Below, piece by piece: positions 58,916 through 64,000 of a stretch of DNA of 64,000 nt. Below the pieces are notes generated by a model. The model had not been told where the DNA came from, did not search any database, and saw only the letters and a program-made list of their open reading frames with translations. Within the stretch, counting starts at the first letter, position 1, and every line of letters begins with the position of its first letter. Position numbers and translations under genes: made by a program. The stretch comes from an uncultured Chloroflexota bacterium (lineage in GTDB: Bacteria; Chloroflexota; UBA11872). The DNA lies in assembly GCA_964422795.1 (NCBI GenBank), contig CAYRCL010000041.1:29631-93630 (forward strand), written 5' to 3'.

Positions 58916-59947
58916 TTGTCAACCATCGCACTCGTAGGTGAATTTGATGCTGGAATTGAATCAATTTTCACTGCTGCAGTAGGTCGACGAATCGTTCAGC
59001 ACTCCCTTGGAAGAGTCGATGTTCAATCCGGAACGCTTCAACTCTCCAACTCCGCACTTCACTCAATCCAATCCATATTTTCTGCATCACGACTCGTCCC
59101 TTCCGAATTCACGCTTTGGCATACGCCAAGCCATGCACTGTCCACGATCACCCCCTCGTCCCCCGAATGGGTGGGCTTCCTGCGTACAACTGACGCGCTG
59201 CTGATAGTCGTCGCCTGTGATGGGAATCTCGAGACAGCGACCGAGCAGGTCTCGTCTCTAAAGACAGAATTGGCGCTGCTGGATCTGGGTGTGATTGAAC
59301 CAGCACAACATCGACTCCGGAAAAAGCTCGAGTCAGGACCGCGGAATGAGCGACGTGCTTCTGGAAACCAGATCGATCTTCTCGACCAAGTAACGCATGC
59401 CCTCGAGTCGGACCACCACATTGGAGATACTCTTGAGCCTCATGAACTTGCCAGCCTCCGGGGATACGGTCTACTAACCACCAAACCGACTGCCGTAGCC
59501 GTTAATGTGCCAGACGAAGCAGCCGCAACGACCGAGACAAAGCGATCCGACGCGGATTTGATCTCATGGTGCGTCTCGCTGGATCTACCTGATTTACCTT
59601 CTGACGATAGCGCCGCCTTTCGTGCCGATCTAGGAATGACTTCCAGCACGGCTTTCCGACTAAGACGTGGGGTCCAAGGTGCGCTCAATTTCATCGTCTT
59701 TTACACAGAGAATTCGTCGTCAGTTAATGCGTGGAATCTCGCACGCGGTAAGTCGGCACTTGATGCAGCCCGATCGATTCACAGCGATTTGGCCGACAGC
59801 TTCGTTCGTGCGGACGTTGCCTCAGCAAGCAAGCTGGTCGAAGCTGGATCGTGGACGCGGCTTCGCGAGATTGGCGAATTAAAAAGCGTTGGCCGCGATT
59901 ACATCGTCGAAAATTGCGATGTAATTCAGGTGCACTTCAGTCGTTAA
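58916..59947 (+). CDS. YchF-like protein with degenerate P-loop (predicted pseudo-ATPase)
   Basis: C-terminal TGS/YchF_C domain (AWNLARGKSALDAARSIHSDLADSFVRADV...GRDYIVENCDVIQVHF) and helical insert (LKTELALLDL) align to YchF, but G1 is ALVGEFDAGIES instead of GLPNVGKST and G3 DxxG is absent. Confidence 0.65.
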   Translation: MSTIALVGEFDAGIESIFTAAVGRRIVQHSLGRVDVQSGTLQLSNSALHSIQSIFSASRLVPSEFTLWHTPSHALSTITPSSPEWVGFLRTTDALLIVVACDGNLETATEQVSSLKTELALLDLGVIEPAQHRLRKKLESGPRNERRASGNQIDLLDQVTHALESDHHIGDTLEPHELASLRGYGLLTTKPTAVAVNVPDEAAATTETKRSDADLISWCVSLDLPDLPSDDSAAFRADLGMTSSTAFRLRRGVQGALNFIVFYTENSSSVNAWNLARGKSALDAARSIHSDLADSFVRADVASASKLVEAGSWTRLREIGELKSVGRDYIVENCDVIQVHFSR

Positions 59948-60857
59948 CTGTTCGTGAAGCCTGTCGAACAATTTCAACGATAGATCTATGTCCATTCCTC
60001 TCGAGGTAACCGCCAAGACCGTCCACTATCCCTTCAGCTGTACGTGGATCCCGAAACGTGGCAGTTCCGATCTGAACGGCAGAAGCACCAGCATGGAAAA
60101 ATTGGAGAGCATCGTCACTAGTGACGATTCCACCGATTCCAATTATTGGAATCGATACGACATCCGCTACTTCATACACGCAACGCACAGCAATCGGACG
60201 TATCGCCGGACCAGACAAGCCACCCCAATTTGCTCCGAGGAAAGGTTGTCCAGTTTCTGGGTGAATCACCATACCCAAAACCGTGTTGATTAGAGACAAC
60301 GCATGAGCACCCGATGTTTCGGCTGAGCATGCAATTCGACGAAGGTCGGTGACGTTTGGCGACAGTTTTGCAATGACAGGCAGCGAACTGCCCGAACACA
60401 CAGCTGCGACAGCAGCAGCTGTCTTATCAGGGTCCGTGGAAAAGTCGAGACCGCCAGCCACGTTTGGACAGGAAAGATTAGCCTCGATTGCGACCACATT
60501 TTCCAAACCATCGAAACGAGCAGCTAAATCTGTCCAGTCTTGCTGAGTGTCTGCAGCGATGCTTACAACTACGGGACACGCAAGATCAGCCCACATCGAT
60601 GCCTTGTCACGGATGACACCATCGCCACCCGGATTAGGCAAACCAATTGAATTCAACATACCTGCCGGCGTCTCAACGGTGCGCGGCGTTAAATTGCCTT
60701 CACGTGGTTCAGGCGTAACCGTTTTGGTAACAATGGCACCTAGACAAGCTAAGTCAACGACGTCCCGATATTCATCACCGAATCCAAACGTGCCAGATGC
60801 GGTCAAAACCGGTGCACGCAGCTTCAATCCGCGCGGATGGCTGGGCGCGATATCCAC
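59937..60857 (-). CDS. pyrD: dihydroorotate dehydrogenase (class 1 catalytic subunit)
   Basis: LKLRAPVLTASGTFGFG, NSIGLPNPG, NLSCPNV motifs; GTG 60857 chosen (track ORF extends to 61118 with an implausible Arg/Pro-rich N-terminus). Confidence 0.8.
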   Translation of the reverse strand: MDIAPSHPRGLKLRAPVLTASGTFGFGDEYRDVVDLACLGAIVTKTVTPEPREGNLTPRTVETPAGMLNSIGLPNPGGDGVIRDKASMWADLACPVVVSIAADTQQDWTDLAARFDGLENVVAIEANLSCPNVAGGLDFSTDPDKTAAAVAAVCSGSSLPVIAKLSPNVTDLRRIACSAETSGAHALSLINTVLGMVIHPETGQPFLGANWGGLSGPAIRPIAVRCVYEVADVVSIPIIGIGGIVTSDDALQFFHAGASAVQIGTATFRDPRTAEGIVDGLGGYLERNGHRSIVEIVRQASRTVND

Positions 60858-61066
60858 AGCAAGCGAGGAGGCTGCTCCAGCCTCAGTATTTTCGCCATCG
60901 CGCCCAGGGCTTGGTTTGAGCACGCTTGAGGCTACCACGGGTCGCCTCACGTCGGTGTTCGTCGAAACTAAAGCATAATTATGTTGACTCGTCAGATTCG
61001 AGTGGCATAGCATCACGCCTGATCGTCGCCGTGGGGTCGGTGGGCGGCGCGCGCGCGGAGGCTCCC

Positions 61067-61843
61067 ATGGCCGTGACGATTTCAATCGCCAACCAGAAGG
61101 GTGGCGTCGGTAAGACAACCACTACATCGAACCTCGCAACAACATTAGCCCGAGCTGGGTCATCGGTTCTCGTGGTCGACTGCGACCCACAATCAAACCT
61201 TACATCCGCCTTCGGTGTAGAGCGCGTAATGGATATGACTCTTGCCAACGCGCTACTCGATCGGAAAATTGAGATTCCGCGCTACCGTGTCGAAGACCCG
61301 ATGGGCTCAAGTGTTGATGTCGTACCAGCCACGCCGGAGCTTGCTAGCGTTGAGGCATCCTTACAGACAAAGTTGGGACGCGAAATGCGACTACGCGATC
61401 ACATTCTCCGCGTATCCGACAAATACGACTTCATCTTCTTTGATACACCGCCGTCCCTCGGGGTACTCACACTTAACGCCCTCGTTGCATCTGAATGGGT
61501 AATCATTCCTACGGAAGCGCGTTTCTTTTCGCTGCAGGGTCTCCAAATGTTGAATCAAAGCATCGAAGAAGTCACCTTTCTAAACCCTCAGCTCCGCGTG
61601 TTAGGAATCGTACTTAGCAAACTTGATCGACGTCTTCGCGAGGAGAAGACCGTAGCGAAGTATCTTCGCGACCGCTGGGGCACCAGCGTTTTCGAAACTG
61701 ACATCCCAACAAACAGCAAGATCCTTGAGGCCGCTAGTTCGGGAACCTCAATCTTCGCCGCTGATTCGAAAGATAGCGGTGCACGTCGAGCGGTCAAGGC
61801 CTACGAAACGCTAGCCGCAGAGGTCCGAACCCGTGCCGCGTAA
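61067..61843 (+). CDS. ParA/Soj-family Walker-type ATPase
   Basis: MAVTISIANQKGGVGKTTTTSNLA deviant Walker A, VVDCDPQSN, FFDTPPSLG; GGAGG SD before ATG 61067. Confidence 0.85.
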   Translation: MAVTISIANQKGGVGKTTTTSNLATTLARAGSSVLVVDCDPQSNLTSAFGVERVMDMTLANALLDRKIEIPRYRVEDPMGSSVDVVPATPELASVEASLQTKLGREMRLRDHILRVSDKYDFIFFDTPPSLGVLTLNALVASEWVIIPTEARFFSLQGLQMLNQSIEEVTFLNPQLRVLGIVLSKLDRRLREEKTVAKYLRDRWGTSVFETDIPTNSKILEAASSGTSIFAADSKDSGARRAVKAYETLAAEVRTRAA

Positions 61844-63029
61844 AAAACAAACTGGATTCAACCCTGATCGACTCGCCGATCTTCAACGACCAAAAAACCT
61901 CGTGCCGCGAATACTGCGCCACAATCCCCAAACCGATCTAAATTCTCCTGTAAGCGCCAGCGACATACGCGTCATAGGTATTGGCGGTGCCGGAAATAAC
62001 GCCGTCAACCGAATGATCGAAGCCGGTCTTGCTGGGGTCGAGTTCGTCGTTGTAAACACAGACTCGCAAGACCTAACCGCATCAAACGCCGATCGAAGAA
62101 TTCTGATTGGTGACCAATCAACCGGGAATCTCGGGACCGGCGGAAACCCACGACTCGGTGAACGCGCCGCTAACGAAAGCTATGAGGATTTGTCGGACCT
62201 CGTTAAAGACGCAGATATGGTATTCGTTACAGCCGGTATGGGAGGAGGCACCGGGACTGGAGCAGCTCCAACGGTGGCAAAGCTAGCTTCGGAGGCTGGC
62301 GCACTCACGATTGGCGTCGCAACCATCCCCTTCTCCTTCGAAGGTAGTCGACGCACCCAGATCGCTGCGGACGGTCTGACTCAATTGGAATCACACGTCG
62401 ACGCGCTCATACCGGTTTACAACGACAAGTTGCTCGACTACGCCGGCCCGCACACGTCTTTCAGCGACGCTTTCATCTTGGCCGATGACATGTTGAGCCG
62501 TGGCGTGCAGGGAATCGCGAACCTGATCACCACAACGGGGCTCATTAACGTTGACTTCGCCGATGTGAAATCGGTTATGAAAGACTCCGGAACAGCAATG
62601 ATGGGCGTGGGTGAAGCTTCAGGCGAAGAGCGAGCCCTACGCGCAGTTCGCCAAGCGATGGAAAGCCCACTGCTAAATTCCTCGATCGACGGTGCCCGTG
62701 GCGTACTCCTAAACGTTACAGCTGCGGAAGATGTGGCAATGGCTGAGGTAAACGTTGCAGCCGAACATGTAGCCAGTGTCGTTGCGCCAGACGCTAATAT
62801 CATCTTCGGTGCCGTGGTCGATCCCAACGTTGGTTCGGTGATCCGTATCACGTTAATCGCGACAGGATTCCATACAACCAAATCTTCGATCCGTTTACCG
62901 GCTAATCGACGTAATGCATTTCCCAAGCGCATAATTTCTTCCGAAGAGTCACCAACTCGCAGCAAGTCGTCTAATGTCGACGATGACGCACAGGTTGATG
63001 GACTTCAGACGAACCAACCACCCTCCTAA
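61833..63029 (+). CDS. ftsZ: cell-division GTPase FtsZ (N-terminally extended, no canonical C-terminal peptide)
   Basis: IRVIGIGGAGNNAVNRM, tubulin signature GGGTGTGAAP, T7 loop GLINVDFADV; GTG start overlaps parA stop by 11 nt. Confidence 0.9.
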   Translation: MPRKKQTGFNPDRLADLQRPKNLVPRILRHNPQTDLNSPVSASDIRVIGIGGAGNNAVNRMIEAGLAGVEFVVVNTDSQDLTASNADRRILIGDQSTGNLGTGGNPRLGERAANESYEDLSDLVKDADMVFVTAGMGGGTGTGAAPTVAKLASEAGALTIGVATIPFSFEGSRRTQIAADGLTQLESHVDALIPVYNDKLLDYAGPHTSFSDAFILADDMLSRGVQGIANLITTTGLINVDFADVKSVMKDSGTAMMGVGEASGEERALRAVRQAMESPLLNSSIDGARGVLLNVTAAEDVAMAEVNVAAEHVASVVAPDANIIFGAVVDPNVGSVIRITLIATGFHTTKSSIRLPANRRNAFPKRIISSEESPTRSKSSNVDDDAQVDGLQTNQPPS

Positions 63030-63091
63030 TATCGAACAGCCCTCGCGCAACGCACTTTCCACGCAAATGAGAGCTGCTCGGTGACAGTTGA

Positions 63092-64000
63092 ATGACCTCA
63101 GCGAATACATCAAGCCATGGTGAGGATTTCGCCAGGTGGCTTGCCGACCAGGGCAGCAATGGTCTCAACACATCGGACGTAGAAATCGGTCGGAGGTTTC
63201 TTGAACTCGGTCGAGATCGCACTTTCTTACGCCATGTTGAAGAAGTCGGCACATCCACCGCATCGCGAGGAGCTTCCCTCTCAAGTCTTCTTGCAACCGC
63301 ACTTGAGCGGATAGGAGCGCTTGGGAGAACCGTCTTAATCAACACCGATCAGACATCGCATACATCAGTTATTGACCAGCTCGTCCAAATCCAGGCCGCT
63401 GCAATCCAATCTCTCGTGCGCGGCTACGCTTCCGTGGTCCCAATCAATGCACGCCCGACCGACCGCGAACTTCTTCTCGAAAGCACAATTCGAGCCCTGG
63501 ATCAAATCAACAGCGTGATCAACTCATCGCTCGAGCTTCGAGGCGTTCTGCAAGCAACTGTCGAATCCGTAACCGATCATCTTCAAGTATCAGAGGTCAC
63601 AATATACCTCTATGACGATGCGATCGACCGGCTGATCCTTAGCGCCACACGGGCATTCGACCCAGCAGCTGTTGGACAAACGACACTAGCACTGGGCGAA
63701 GGATTAATCGGTTGGGCTGCCCAATCCGGACAACCCGTCGCCGTACGTGATGCCTGGAGTGATCCCCGATTCAAATACGTACCTGGAATTGGCGAGGAGA
63801 GTTTCCAAAGCTTCCTAGCAGTACCAATCGTACTCTTCAATGTTGAACGGCTCGTCGGAGTGTTGAACGTCGCCAGTTCCGAATTCCGAGACTTCACGGA
63901 TGAAGAAGTCCGCTTCGTTGAAATTACCGCAGGCCAACTTGCCATTGCGGTGGAAAATGCCCGCCTCCATGGCGAGACCGATGAAGCCCTCCGCAGCAAG
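63092..64000 (+). CDS. GAF-domain protein (5' part; continues past window end)
   Basis: 303 codons with no stop from ATG 63092; LALGEGLIGWAAQSGQPVAVRDAWSDPRF...FLAVPIVLFNVERLVGVLNVASSEFRDFTDEEVRFVEITAGQLAIAVENARL is a GAF signature. Confidence 0.7.
   Translation, partial: MTSANTSSHGEDFARWLADQGSNGLNTSDVEIGRRFLELGRDRTFLRHVEEVGTSTASRGASLSSLLATALERIGALGRTVLINTDQTSHTSVIDQLVQIQAAAIQSLVRGYASVVPINARPTDRELLLESTIRALDQINSVINSSLELRGVLQATVESVTDHLQVSEVTIYLYDDAIDRLILSATRAFDPAAVGQTTLALGEGLIGWAAQSGQPVAVRDAWSDPRFKYVPGIGEESFQSFLAVPIVLFNVERLVGVLNVASSEFRDFTDEEVRFVEITAGQLAIAVENARLHGETDEALRSK

Overview
This 64-kb window is a contiguous bacterial chromosomal segment with about 56% GC and dense coding on both strands. 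I found no rRNA, tRNA, CRISPR array, IS element or phage genes. The gene content (DegV, PlsY, type III CoaX, a T-box leader, holA-rpsT) is inference for a Gram-positive-like or Chloroflexota-like lineage, and I cannot confirm it without a database search.

Content in order:
- The 3' part of an F1Fo ATP synthase operon: atpI-like, atpB, atpE, atpF, atpH, and atpA running off the left edge.
- Single genes: BNR/Asp-box repeat protein, LysM protein, MOFRL glycerate kinase, DegV, PlsY, RelA/SpoT, RecJ, a Gfo/Idh/MocA oxidoreductase and an MFS transporter.
- A coaX-coaBC operon that carries a tightly linked 364-aa protein I do not recognise.
- Two translationally coupled creatininase-family paralogs, convergent with a Gfo/Idh/MocA oxidoreductase and a DUF971 protein.
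- GT2 glycosyltransferase, PunA-type purine nucleoside phosphorylase, Xer-type recombinase, an orphan LarA-family racemase and an amidohydrolase.
- groES-groEL, where the GroEL has a non-canonical N-terminus.
- An aminotransferase plus two tandem Ldh_2-family dehydrogenases; a third Ldh_2 gene lies nearby.
- A 1.2-kb low-coding island carrying only a DksA/TraR-type zinc-finger gene.
- A GDP-deoxyhexose and polysaccharide cluster: two cupins, a MOP-family flippase, phosphomannomutase, a GDP-sugar reductase and gmd.
- A YqeC-like protein and an M20 peptidase.
- A complete ten-kb branched-chain amino acid super-operon on the minus strand, ilvB-ilvN-ilvC-leuA-leuC-leuD-leuB-cimA. Read directly from the sequence, it is preceded by a leucine (CUC) T-box riboswitch with an intrinsic terminator.
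- A DEDDy exonuclease, RidA plus a class-III aminotransferase, holA, rpsT and pyrD.

The loci I would look at first:
- A YchF homolog whose Walker A / G1 and G3 motifs are destroyed, so it is probably a pseudo-ATPase.
- A Soj-type ParA ATPase translationally coupled to a bona fide ftsZ. This ftsZ has a 45-aa N-terminal extension, no canonical C-terminal peptide, no ftsA or ftsQ upstream, and a GAF-domain gene downstream. This is the locus I rank highest.
- The 364-aa unknown protein co-operonic with coaX-coaBC.
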